From Thalia democratica (lineage: Eukaryota), in NCBI GenBank assembly GCA_965202585.1, contig OZ241828.1, positions 70,556,001 through 70,620,000 of the forward strand: a stretch of 64,000 nucleotides of DNA, given 5' to 3'. The position numbers were made by a program, and so were the translations under genes. Every line of letters begins with the position of its first letter. Within the stretch, counting starts at the first letter, position 1. Positions 40,069 through 53,361 of the stretch are shown piece by piece. The notes under the pieces are model-generated. The model did no database searches. It was not told the origin of the DNA and saw only the letters and a list, made by a program, of their open reading frames with translations.

Positions 40069-40551
40069 GTTTTAATCAGATATGTGCCTTTAATGAAACA
40101 TTAACTTTTACACTTTTTTCTACTTTTAAGTATTAAGCTAACTTAATAAAATTTTACAACTTTTTGCTTAAAAATTTATTAGCGATAAAACGAAATTGTA
40201 GATTGGTTGAATAAAAAATTAAGATTTTCTTTTATACCACTTACCATTATAGAAAGTAAAAACATTAGCAACAGTCTATCAGGCCAAAGACTGGATTTAC
40301 GTGTGTTGTGAGAAAAGCTCAAGTAGATATATAAATTTTATTTTAACAAAAATGCTTATTAAAAAATTAAACATATAAAAAGTCTATATTATTTTGAAAT
40401 TAAAAAAAAATCGCTCTAAAGTACCAGTTGAGCAATTTTTACTACAAATAACGTTGTTAACGTTAGTAAATAATAAACTTTCATCGAAATTAGATAAAAC
40501 TTAGTTGATTTAATTAGTTTACATATTTTTATAACTAGCATTGTTGTAGAA

Positions 40552-43500
40552 CATGGGTCGGCAGGCAGTTGGTGCTCGCGGGCCAATTTTTCAAGTTTTA
40601 CAACCTTCATGGGCCGCAGTTTTAGTTTTAGTTGCATTTGTATAATGTATTAGTTTTAGTCGTAAAAAACAAAACAAGTTTAAACGACTTTTAGCTACAC
40701 ATAAAGGCCTATAAATTTGAACATACTTCTTGGACAAAAATTTACCTTCAATGACATACTTAAGTCTTAATAAAATTTATAGTTTAATATTAATTAAAAA
40801 TTTTATTTTAATAACTTCAGTATTTTGGTTACCACCTAATTTAAAAAAAAAAACAAGTTTGTAAAACATTTTTGGCTATCTTTTATACATTTTTCATATA
40901 AAGAACCATTTTCAATACGTATTTTTAAATATTACTTATTGGAAATAATCTATGCAAACTAATTAACTTACTCTCTTTGAAAATTTCACTTATCTTTTAA
41001 CTTGTCAACTTAAATAAATTCGTACCTGTTTGTAATATAAAAATGAAAACACATTTTTTAACATAAATAGTGATTAATTACTCTGACAAAATACTTTATT
41101 AACAACTAATGTCGTCTCATCATAGTTGCCATTAAAAATGCCTGAGCTACACCAAACCAGACTAAATTTATTAAACTTGAAAAACAAAAAAAAAAAAAAT
41201 GGACTGACTTACTGATGACGAAATTTAAATAATTGAAAATAGTTTGTCATAAAAAATTACATTATATGTAGCTGGACTACAAAAGCTACAATTTATAAAC
41301 TACAGTTTTTTAAAACATTTAGTAGTTTGAAGACTTATTCAAAGTAATATAAATAGAGAGTTCACAAATACTTTAGTTTTTAAAATTGACTTAAAGCTCA
41401 CAAAAAAAAATAGTATTAAATACATACAGCGAAATCACAAAAGTTTAATTATCATAAATCAGCTCTGAAAGGGCAGAAAAGTTACTAAAATAATATTTTT
41501 TAAGTTATAAAAATTTATTAAGCCATAATTAATGTAAAAAACTTTTTTTATTGAGAATTATGGCAATTCTTCATTGTTGTATCCTCCATTTCAAAAAGAA
41601 TTTGTGGAAATTATTTTAATTAGCATTAAATATACTTTAAAAATTAAACTATTATTAATCAAGTACACATTAAAATTTAATCAAAAAAAAGCACCTGCGT
41701 ATTTTAGTGTGCAATGCATAGGAATTAAATAAGATTGAATTTAACTATTATAAAAAATTAATAAATAAACTTGTGGGTCATGAGAATTCAAATTCAAAAA
41801 TTTCCAATTTCGGAAACGTAAATTCTTAGAAAATATTTATAAGATCATATTAAAAAAGTGATATACATATGAAAATAATAATAAATACGTATTTAGGTCT
41901 TATTAAAATCTACTAGCCACTTTTTATTGTTTGAAAAATTTAAGATATTTTTAGAGATTTTTAAAAAATACTAAAAATAACTATATTTTAAACCTTAATT
42001 TAGCCATATCTAAAACGAAATAATAGACACTTTCCAAAACGTAAAGAATAACTTGTATATTTCTATAAGACCTACATAAACCAAGGATAATATATGTCGA
42101 TAATAGTAAGACCTACATAAATCAATATAACTACAAACATTTTTTTTTAATTTAGTTGTATATTCATTACTTTTTGAGTTGTGGCCTTTTAAAACATTTT
42201 TTTTAAATATTTTAATTGTTGGAATTTAAATTGTTTGAATTTGAATTATTGTGCACCTAAAACATACTCAACTTATGTTATACATTTTTTCAAATGTGTC
42301 TGTACAGTGTACATTTTTAAATATTTTATTTAGAAATAGTCGTAGTAGAAAAGTATGTCTAAATTGCACTGATATTCACGTTTTTATTACATTGTTGCTT
42401 CTCTTTGGTCAAAAAAAACCGGTCTGGCTGTACTTAACATTTTGTAAGTCATCTTTTTCTATTACTTCTTGGAACTTTTTTATTATTTTACCATATCAAT
42501 AACATCAGATCCTTGAATAAAACTGGTTCGAGAAATAAAGTAGAGAAACTAAATGATCTGAAACATTTAGAGGTCTAAAAACTAGCCTGAGCATTTTATA
42601 ACAAAATTAAACTAGCCTTTGTCATGCTAGGCTTTTTTAAATATTCTTAATATATAGAGTTTCTTGAGTGTTTGGCAACCCTGTTAGGCGTTAGTTAAAA
42701 ATATTTTCATAAAAATGCACCAATGTATATTAATGAGCATATAAATTAACTTGTGTTTTTCACTGAAAGTTTCACTTAAAAATCAAAGATATATTTTTAA
42801 CAAAAAAGTGTTTTAAATTATGTTGAATTTTTATTTTGTTTGAAAAGATCATGTTCACAGTTAAATATAATAAGCATATGTGTACATAAGTTGGCACCGA
42901 AAATTGTTAGAAAAATTAAAAGCGTACTCTGAACCTAAAATTTGAATACCTGATGTGTTTTTCTTGTTTTGTTTGAATTGTGTCTGTACAAACAAATAAC
43001 TAAAATAAAAGTTAAGAACAGTTATAGTAGAATATTATGCTTTTTATTCTTACATTTAACCTATATTAATTAAAAGTTAGGAACGTTAAAGTGAGTATAT
43101 GTCGACATAGGTGTGCACAAAAAGTAATTTAAAGTGTTCAGTAAACTCACTTTTATAAGTGAAATTTGTTCTGAAAAAAATATCGTATGTCATATTCGTA
43201 TTTTGTTTGAATTGTGTCGGTACACACTTGAACATAATCAAAAAGAAAAACAACTATAAAACAAATAAATTATGCTAAAATTACACTTAAGTTAACTTAA
43301 GTATTAGTAAAAAATGGATCCAAAAATTTGTTTTGTACAAATTAGAGTGAATAGGACTAAATTTAAAGTGCACAGAAAATTTATTAAAAAAAACAAAAGG
43401 TATTGCTTCAAATGTTTTTGTGCACACTCAAATATAATATATAGTGATAAAGCGTCTATAAGAGTAACTTAAGTCTAAATTACATGTTGAAAAATAATCA

Positions 43501-43981
43501 AGTTGTAAAGGAAGGAGGTATTACTTAACTACAGTTCCTTATATTAAAAGATGCTAAACATTTGCTCTTAGTTTATCTATCTAATAAGTATGTATTACGT
43601 AGTTAATCTTTTTCAAATACTTATAAAACTTTGTTTTAGTTTTTCAGTTTTAATTGTAAGAAGGAAGCTATTTTTTAAACAGAGAAAAACATTCTAAAAA
43701 GCTAATATTTTTTTTCACAGCTTTAAGCCAAAGCAGTAAAAATAATAATGGTTTCAAAATTTTACACAGGGACGTAAAACTAAATTAATCAAATTATAAC
43801 AAATAAACTAAAAAAAAACTTAAATATGATTTTGTCCAGCGGGCCGAATTTACATGCTTGCGGGCCGCAGATTTTTCTTTCACAGGCCGCAATCAATTTA
43901 AAAAAAGCGTGCTCGCGGGCCAATCAAATTTGCCCTTCGAGGGCCGCAATTGGCCCGCGGGCCGTAGTTTGCCGACCCCTG
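40552..43981. mobile_element. Non-autonomous hAT (Charlie-like) element
   Basis: TIRs CATGGGTCGGCA / TGCCGACCCCTG, 8-bp TSD TTGTAGAA (40544-40551, 43982-43989), subterminal GCGGGCC repeats. Confidence 0.9.
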
Positions 43982-46900
43982 TTGTAGAATTTAACTTTTA
44001 TTAATCTCTAAAACTTAAAAAAACATTTTTTAGGATTGACTTAAGACAAATTTTATATTTTTAAGATATAATTACTTATCCTTTCTGAAAAAAAATAAGT
44101 TCTCTAAAGAAAAAACGAGAGTTAAAAAAATGTTTTATTAAATCAAAAGCATATAAAAATGAGAACAAGTTGGCGATTTAAGGAAAGTAATTTAGAAATA
44201 TCAACTGTGGTAACGCTGTAGAAAAAACGATTGTTGTTTTATCATTTACAAAAATTTTAGTAAGGTATATTAATAATTTTAAAACAAATTTAGCTTTTAC
44301 ATTTTATCTCATCAATGTTATATTTATTCAGTGACGTAAGAAAATTAAGCACAAAAGCTAACTTCAAAAGCATGTATATAAACTGTACAATTTTGTGGTT
44401 CTTTATTCAATTATAATATGTCTATTTCTAACTTTTTAATATTGTTGTAAATACGGTACACTAAGTTATATGATTAATAAGGCAAACGGGTAGGTGTCAA
44501 AATTATAAGAAGGGACACTTTTGAACTAAGACACTTTTTTTTAACTTTGATTTTTATTAATTTTAATTTTTTACATTAAAAGTTTACCCCAAACTCATGC
44601 CCTTGGTCGGTAATTTTTTTTTCTCTCCTTTTTATAAATGTTTTTTCAATTAATTAAATTATTTTTTTTAACTACGACTGTTACTTCCTACTATTGGTCG
44701 GTATTATTTTTGTTTATTTATTTTTGTGTTTTGTTTGTTTTCTTTTGTACTTACTTTCACTGTTACCCCTGACCCTTACCTTAGTTGGTAATTTATTCAA
44801 ACTTATGTTTTTAATATTTTTAAATTTTAATTTAAAGCATTTATAGTTTAACTAACCAATTAATGTTGTACCATTAATTTACTTCTGTAGAACTTGATAA
44901 ACTTTTAAAAGTCTACTAGTTTATTTGTTATACCAGTTTCAAATAACAGTTAAATAATTGAGTTTGATTTACTAAAATATTTTTGAAATCTCAAACTTTC
45001 ACCGCGCTGAAAAAGGCTTTGTGACGTTATGTGATAATTAAACGTTGAAATATTTTATGTTCTTATGCATATATACCAAACTAAAACAATTTGCGATCAT
45101 AACTACCTAAAATAAAACAACCTCGAATTTGACAATAATTTGTAAGCTGTATACTATACAGCTATTAAATAAGAGAACTTTCATTCAAATTCTATTATCT
45201 ATTTTTTAATGATTTCGATTAGCCTTTCTAAATATAAGTATATATCTACAAAACGCCGAGTAAATTCGCACTTTTCAAAAAATAAAGGTTTTTAATGTAA
45301 ACTTTCAAAACTGAGTACTTTTCAGTAGTCTAAAATTTTATTTTCAAGCATTTGAAAGTTAAATAAACAAGTTTATTCTAAAAAAAATAATATTTACTTA
45401 TGCTAAATTAAGTTATTTGTGTTATAAAAAATCTTAGTTTAAAAACGCAAGAATGTAAACGCAATTTTCTCATGATATTTTCTGTTAAGTATTTATAAAA
45501 AATATTTTTGAATCAATTACTTTTTGAATCTTTTTTTAATTTGTTATCTAAACCTGCACAATTAAAAACGATTGAAGCTTAAACTTTTCTTAAATTTTTT
45601 TTAGGTAGAAAGTAGTCCTTAGAAATATAATATTTAAACAACAAATACTAAAATTGTAGTGGTTAGCTCTCCATTGTGTTTAGGATAAAAACGTTTTTAA
45701 AATGCAAAAAAAAAAAGACAATTAAATTTTAGTAGTTATAACAGTTTTAAATTACCTTTTGTGTAACTGCGAACAATCAAACATAAAAAAAAAGATGTTT
45801 AATTTGAAAAACTAATAATATTTTACAAATATTTTTTTTTTCTTGAAATGAACCTGTGAAGTGTTTTATGATGTCATGAGTGAAAAAAAAAGCTGAATTT
45901 TTTTAGTTTTCATTAAAAACTAGCAATTAATCTGTTTTGACATCTTTGACTACTTTATTAAACGACTAAACAATTTGTAAGCTGTATACGTTACAGCTAT
46001 TATTTAATTTTTTAACAAATATTTGTATTAACATTGCTGACTTACATTTTACAAGTTTGAGGAGTAATTAACAAGCAAAAGCCTGCAAATAGATACTATT
46101 GTAGAGCCGAGTGGCTTTGCACCTAAAAAAATCTAAACATTTACCTGCCTTGTATATACGCACTTTTATAGTTAGTATTTATCTGTTTTGTTCAGTTTCA
46201 GCACTTTTGACAATAACTTTCAGAATATTTTTTTACAGAAACTTACACTACACCTAACTTACTTCAAAATGTTACAAACGAAAACAGCCAAAATAAAAAA
46301 AAAAACTATTTACCAAAAGAAAAAGTTGTCCATTTTAAAGAAATGTAACTTTAAGAAAAATTAAGGTTAAACTTTTCATATATTTTTTAAATATTTGTAG
46401 TACGTTGCAAAAAGAACTGTTGTGAAAAAAAAAATTTGTATTTTTTACCACAACTCAATTTGGTATAACAACAATAAAATTTTGAAACTCCTTCTAAGTT
46501 AGATAAAAAATTACTTTTATAGTAAAACAAGTTTTTTAAACTTTTAAAAGAATTTTGTACTTATTTAATATATTTATATGTAACTTATCATATATAACTG
46601 TTATTTTAAACCACATGTTAAAAATCATTCTAAAAGATTTCCTTCGACAATTCAATTTTTTTTTACAATTGTCCAGATTAGTTGAAAAGTACTATAATTT
46701 TTACTTTTTGAACAGATAGCTTCTTTAATATTTGTTGAACAATGAGCCTAATTAAAAGCATTCATAAAAAAACATTTTTTTTTCTTAATATGTTTTTACA
46801 AAATCATATTAGCTGAGAATTAGTTCATAATCAGCATATTTGTTTTTATTAGCCTGCGTTGCGTGGTTAGCCGGTCCCACACCTTATTATTAAGAATAAA

Positions 46901-47792
46901 TATTTTAAATAAAAAAGAATTCTGTATAAATAGCAAAAATAATGAAAGTTATGTGGTTGTTAAACATTGTAAATTCAACAAAAAAAAAACTATCACTGGT
47001 TGTATTTGCAAACTTGTTAAAAGAAAACTACTTTTAGTTATGTAAAACTTAATGCAAAGAATAGTTTGATCTTGTTCTGTTTTATAGAATTTCCAACCTT
47101 TTTTTAATTTTTACAAAATTTGTGTTATAAAAGGTAGTAATCAAGATTAATCTTTTAAGTTTATCCTGGAACTTTCCAAAATGACTTATATATTTTAAAC
47201 ATAATGGTAGCTTAATCCATTACTTACTTCCTTGGTAAGATAGCGATTTATGAACTATTTTGCTGTTTAATCTAGGTAGGAACAAATATTGTTTCTGAAG
47301 ACATTGTCTGATAATTATGCACATTTTTTACACTTTTATAGTAATTTTTAAAGTTATCTGGTAACAAATTACATTTAAACTTTAACATAACCAGACCTAT
47401 TTTATATAGATACAGTTTTTAAACATCTAATTTTTTTTTATAAGTTTTTTATTGAGACTCTATATTAGTTTAAAAAATGCTAAGATTATTTCTAAGAAAG
47501 TTGTTTTAACTAGCTATTTGTATTAAATTTCTAAATAACTAATTTCTCTAGCTTTATTTGTGTTGTTTAGACAAAGTTAAACTTAGATGACTTGATAATA
47601 AAAATTAATTGCAAAAACTATCTAAACTGTTCTTTAATTACAATAAATAATTTTCAAAGGGCAACTTTTTTACAGAATAGATATCAATTTTATTTAAATA
47701 TAAAAAAACACACAAAAAAAAAAAAAAAACCTGACATCCATGCTTCATCAGCTTTCATTCTATCAACAGTAAAATATTATAAAATAATTACT

Positions 47793-47942
47793 TTATAATA
47801 CTGATTCTTTTTTATTCTTTTTCTTTTTTAGCTCTTCACAAATTTCGGTTAAAGGGGATTCAATGTGAAAAGTCATATCTTTTGCTTCCTTGTCTTCTAT
47901 AAATTCCGTTATTGTAAATTCTGATACAATTATTTTTTCTTC
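47793..47942 (-). CDS. Putative terminal exon, unknown product
   Basis: ATAACAG acceptor, then a 50-codon frame EEKIIVSEFTITEFIEDKEAKDMTFHIESPLTEICEELKKKKNKKESVL*. A phase-0-compatible candidate upstream exon lies at 50454-50549 (LLVNDYVKWLPTKCKILEERENTRLYETKLEE|GTAATA). Confidence 0.35.
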   Translation of the reverse strand, partial: EEKIIVSEFTITEFIEDKEAKDMTFHIESPLTEICEELKKKKNKKESVL

Positions 47943-48638
47943 CTGTTATACATTAATGCTTTATATACTTAAAATTAATGTAATATTTACATAATGTTTG
48001 TTTTAATGCCTTTTATAAATTCCATAAATATAAATTATGATCTAACTAGTTTTTTTTTTCAATCTATTATATATTAATGCTTTATTTGTTTCAAAATTGT
48101 ACAATATTTACATAATATATTTCTATTCAAAATATAAATTAAAGTGTTTGTTAACAAAAGATCCTAGAGAAACAAGTTTACTGCAATATAAAACTTTAAC
48201 AAATTATACAGTATTCTTCTTTCATTACACTGACATATGTTTCTGTGTCTTAACGAATTAACAAACTTCAACTGAGTTCTGTAAAAAATGAACACTGTAA
48301 AGAAAGAATAAAGGCTATAGTAGATGTATACAGGTGTTTATTAAAATAAAAACAATGCTATAGATTTTTAGAGGTTAATCGTTAATAATAGATAAAATAC
48401 TTAATGTTAAATCCGACTATTATAAAACTGTAAAATATTTGTAACTATTAAGTATAAATTAAATAAAGTAAACTTAAGTACACAATTAAATAAGACATCA
48501 TATTGTAAACTACTTACATGAAATGGAAGGAAGAACTAATTCAAATTATTTACTGATTGCTAATCATTGAAAAAATATATATAATAATTACGTCACAATA
48601 TATATATATGAATTTTAGGACTATCTATTTAATTTATA

Positions 48639-49072
48639 CTACAGAGTTAGATAATTTATTCTTTATGTTTGAAAAAAGCAGTAAAGTGCTCAAATTTAAA
48701 AAAAAGTAGTATGTGTTCTATTGTGAGTTAAAATTAAATAACAAACATTAATTATTAAATCAATTAATTAAACAAAAGTAAAGGTGATAAAAGCCACAGA
48801 AACTTGGTATAATGTATCTTTTATATATCAAATGTTTATAATGTTTAAATTTTAATTAAATTTATAATATTAAAGTTAGATGCTTCCTAATAATAAATAT
48901 ACATTATACCAAGTTCCAGTGGCTTATATTATCTTAACCGTTGTTTAATTTATTGTTTAATAATTAATTTGTTGCTTTACTTTTTACTCACAATAGAATA
49001 CATATTATTTTTTAAAATTAAAGCGCTATACTAGTTTTTCCAAACATAAAAAAAAATTATCTAGTTTTGTAG
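48639..49072. mobile_element. TA-flanked palindromic MITE
   Basis: TA|CTACAGAGTTAGATAA ... TTATCTAGTTTTGTAG|TA; arms pair through CTATTGTGAG/CTCACAATAG and CTTGGTATAATGTAT/ATACATTATACCAAG. Confidence 0.8.
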
Positions 49073-49109
49073 TATTTGAAACTTAAATGCAAATCGATAA
49101 ATTGTAGAT

Positions 49110-49960
49110 AAAGTTTTATAGTACACGATTTTGACGAGTGTGATTATACTTCTACAAAACTATTCTGTGGGAAATAACATATCAGGAGACTCTTAAGGTC
49201 TGTAGTTTAGTAAGGGTATATTTTTTTATCACCAAAACTTAAAAAAATATCAAGCGATAATTTAGATAAAATTATTATTCTGTCCTTTATCAAAGGATAT
49301 GTACTGACTAATACGATCATATTTCTACAACAACTATTTATTTGCAATAGATAACATATTAAGAGACTTCTAATGGTCTGTAATTTAGTAAGGATATACT
49401 TTTTATCACCAATACCTTAAATACCTTAAAAAAAAGTTGTCAAGCTAAAGTTTAGATACAAATAACTTTATGTCCTTTTTAAAAGGATTACGCTGTAACT
49501 AACACAATCATATTTCTACAACAGCTATTTATTTGCAATAAATAACATTAAAACAGACACCTAATGGTCTGTAGTTTAGTAAAGATATAGTTATTTTTAT
49601 CGTATTAACATTTAAAAACTTTAATTTCAAGCTAAAGTTTAGATCAAGTTAGTTTATCTAACACTTGAAAAATAAACGCGCTTTTGACGAATATGATTAT
49701 ATTTCTATAACAACTATTTATAATCAATAAATAACATAATAAGAGACTCATAATAGTCTGTAGTTAAGTTAGATTAACGTTATTTTTATCACAAATAATT
49801 TTAAAAACTTTCTATTTTAAGATAGTGTTTAACTAAAATTAACTTGTCTATCCCTTGTAAAAGGTCACGCTTGTGACAAATGTGATTATACTTATGTAAT
49901 ATGTATTTATTAGCAACAAAAAACATACAAAGAGCCTCTTAATGGTCTGTAGTTTGATAT
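49110..49960 (+). repeat. Diverged tandem array, five ~180-190-bp units
   Basis: Anchor GGTCTGTAG-like motif at about 49197, 49375, 49566, 49755 and 49944, each preceded by GAT(T/C)ATATTTCTACA...ATAACATA..AGAC. Confidence 0.8.
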
Positions 49961-50065
49961 CGCTTATCTGCAAAAACTTAGACTCTACTTTAAACTTGTT
50001 TTGATTTCAAAACAAATTATGCTTAGCCTAAAAATTGTAAGTATTTAAATTACCTTAATCTAAAC

Positions 50066-51538
50066 CAGGGCTCGGCAGGCAATTGGTTCTCGCGGGCCAA
50101 ATTTCAAGTTTCAAATTGTCAGCGGGCCACCGTTTTAGTCAGTTTTTATTTTTTATCGGTTTAGTCAACCTTAGCTACTTATAGGGGCTGAACTATTTCA
50201 AATGTATTTTTTATTTTGCAGTCAAAAATTAATATTTATGTTATACTTATGTTATCTAATATTGTATCTATCATTATTCATAAACTTATTTAAACAACAT
50301 AACATTTTTTTTTGTCATTATACATAGCTCTTTAAAATGAAATAAGCAATTTATCAGACATTTTTTAAAAAGAAAATAAGATATAAAACAATAAAAGTTC
50401 AACTACAAACACAGTGATGCATTAAAACAATTAATAAAATTGATATCTATTACCTCTTCTAGTTTGGTTTCATAAAGTCTTGTGTTTTCTCTTTCTTCCA
50501 GTATTTTGCATTTTGTAGGTAGCCATTTCACGTAGTCGTTTACAAGCAACTCTCACTGACATCAGTAAAAACTAAGCTCAAAAAACAGATTCGGATCTAT
50601 TTGTACACTTTTTATATAATCGACTTTTACTTATTAAGTTATTATTTGTTTTAAGTTGTCGAAAATAATCTTTTTATATTCAATACATTGCACAGCACAT
50701 ATTTAAAGTTTTAGTTACTTTGTTAAGTTAACAGAAATATAAACAAAACTTATATTATTAATTTCATTTTAAACAGCACGAGTTTTTCTTTTAAAACCCT
50801 TAAACACTTTAATAATCTATTCAAAGTTTTTTTGATTGCAACTTTTTGAAACAAAAAAGTTAAAATCAGATACATCAAACCAGTCAGTGTTTTTAAAAGA
50901 TAGAAAAATGTTAAAAAGCCAAGATTGAAAAACTTGTCATTTAAACAAAATAATTTATAAATAAAAAAAGTATCTTAGTATTAGTAAACAGTTTTTGATT
51001 TCTTTTAAATATTTCTTTGCAAATTTCAACATAGTGATAAAAGAAACAATTTTATAAACAAATGTAAAAGCAAAGATCTAGTTTATTAAGAATTGATATA
51101 CTAGTAAAAAATATGTAATCTTTGTACAGTGTTTGTACAAATAAAAATTTTATACTATATAAAATTATTAATTGCATTGTCAATTCACTGAATCTAAGAA
51201 ACTTTCCAATCCAAGTACGTAAGCTTTTGTATACATTCCAAGATGTTGTTGTTTGAAACGAAAAGAAAAATCTAAACTTTAAAGAAGAACTGCTAGAACT
51301 AATGTATGTCTTTTTTGACATATTTAAGCTTAAGCAATGAAGAATAATAATTGGTTTTTAAAAAATATCAAGGACTTTAAAATCAAAATTAAGAGAAAAG
51401 CTGTTTTTTTTGTAAAAGTTAATTTAAAATACAGTATTGTTTAGCGGGCCAAATTCATATGCTCGAGGGCCACATTCACATGCTCGCGGGCCGCAAACTG
51501 CCGCAGTTAGCCCGCGGGTAGCAGTTTGCCGACCCCTG
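50066..51538. mobile_element. Non-autonomous hAT (Charlie-like) element, same family as 40552-43981
   Basis: TIRs CAGGGCTCGGCA / TGCCGACCCCTG, 8-bp TSD ATCTAAAC (50058-50065, 51539-51546), same left-end GGCAGGCA.TTGGT.CTCGCGGGCCAA. Confidence 0.9.
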
Positions 51539-52170
51539 ATCTAAACTAAAAGTTTATACTAATTTAAACAATTTTAATTTTATTACAGTAAACTTCAAAC
51601 ATTAAATAAATAAAAAACAATAGAAGATAACAAGCGATAAAATAATTTGTAAAATGTGTGATAATTAAAAAAAATAATCACATTATCAAAAAATAACTAT
51701 CAGTTTTTCTTATAAGTAGGTTAACTGATTATTTAATTATCACATTTTTATTATAAGATATGTTTTACGTTTATTAAATTTAGTTTAGATATTTTTAAAA
51801 CAGTGTTTTTTTTTTGTGAAAAAGTAGTTAATTGTTTAAGTTTACGGATAATATTACTTTATATATGGAAGTGGTATAATATCAAAATTATTCGACAAAC
51901 AAAATAGTTTAAAAATTTAAAAAGTATTTTAAAGGTTTTTTATCTTTAATACAAAGTTTTTATAATGGAAAGTTTTTTTTTCCTACTACATTTTTTTCTG
52001 TTCTTACAACTAGTTTTGTCTATTTTCAAGCAATGTTTAATATAGTCTTCCATTTTTTGAGCTCAAAACTATTTAAACAAGTAATAAATTTGTAGGTTAG
52101 AGTTTAAATGATACTTAAAATGAAAAAAAAATAATTGACCAAAAAATATGTCAATTTGTTGATATTTTCC

Positions 52171-52245
52171 CATCTTGCTGGTGAATAAACCTCAGACGGT
52201 GGTTCATATCTTCCACCCGTCTGGGGTTTATTCATAGGCAAGATG
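52171..52245. other. 75-nt near-perfect hairpin (~32-bp stem, 10-nt loop)
   Basis: CATCTTGC-TGG-TGAATAAACCTCAGACGGTGG [TTCATATCTT] CCACCCGTCTGGGGTTTATTCA-TAG-GCAAGATG. Confidence 0.85.
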
Positions 52246-52265
52246 CAAAGTGTTTTGACACTTAA

Positions 52266-52339
52266 GTGACTCTGACAAGAATAGAACTTGCAACAGTTGG
52301 TTTACAAGAAAGGCGTCTTAACACAAGAGCCAACGAGCC
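52266..52339 (-). pseudogene. tRNA-Thr(TGT)-derived sequence (tRNA pseudogene or SINE head)
   Basis: Minus strand GGCTCGTTGGCTC...TCTTGTAAACCA...GCAAG-TTCTATT-CTTGT-CAGAGTCA. Anticodon loop CTTGTAA, intact T-arm, partial acceptor stem GGCTC/GAGTC, A- and B-box-like motifs; D and anticodon stems are broken. Confidence 0.7.
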
Positions 52340-53361
52340 ACTTATAAATGTTCATCTTGATAAGCTTATAAAACAAATAGCTAATACTAATGAGAAAGAA
52401 ATTGAAAAGAAGAGAAATAAGAGAGTTCTTGAAACTTTTCTCACAAAAATCCAAATTAGATTTATAATTATTTCTTAAAATGTTTATAAACTAAAATAAA
52501 CTTAAAATGACAGATGTTGTATGAAATAAGCATAAATTAAGTTGAATTTAGATATTTCCAGAATTTTTATTATTATAAAGAAGCTCAACAAAACTTTATT
52601 TTATAAACATGTTTTTTACAGCTTTACTCACGAATAAACTTCTGTAATTTATGTTTATGCAATAACAAAACAGTTATTAAACTAGTCAAAGTTTAAAGAC
52701 TTTCATCATGAAGTTTAAAATAAGTCAGTGTTTAGAAAGTGGTAAACAAAAAGAGGTATTAAAAAAAAATATATGTGAATAACATAAGTCTTTTTATCTG
52801 TAAAATCTCTAAGTTTTTTGTCACTTATTAAGGAATTATGCTTATAAATTTTGATTAAATTAAATTTTAACCTACTTTAACATTTATAAGAACTTGAATT
52901 TCAAAAGAAGTTATTAAATATTTCGAGAATAGTCATGTTTTATGTATTAAAGTTAAAACAGTGAAAGATACTTAAATTTTTTATTTTATTTAATTTTATC
53001 GAATTTAATTATTAAAGATTACAGTAAGAGAAAAAAGTTCACATATTAAAAATTAAATGTAATACTAAACAGTTCCTTTAAAAATTACAAAAAAAATAAC
53101 TAAAATTTATATCATACATTTATAGTTGAATAGCTTAAGTTTTTATAACCTTTAAAAACTAGTTAAAACTATTACTACTACTCCTTATTTTTTTAAAACT
53201 ATTTTTAAAGTTTTTGGTTTCCGTATTTTCCGTAACACTAAGTTAGGTTTTCTTAAAATATCTTTTCGTATAAACACTAGTTTTTATCGAAATCCAGTTT
53301 AAGAGTATAAAACATACTAAATATGAAAGTAGTTACATTATAAACGATAATTTTTTATAAG

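Noticed and set aside
41121-42683. Possible nested element ending TGGCAACCCTG (42673-42683) with a decayed left end CATAGTTGCCA (41121)
   Set aside because: The left end is too degenerate and the flanks give no TSD.
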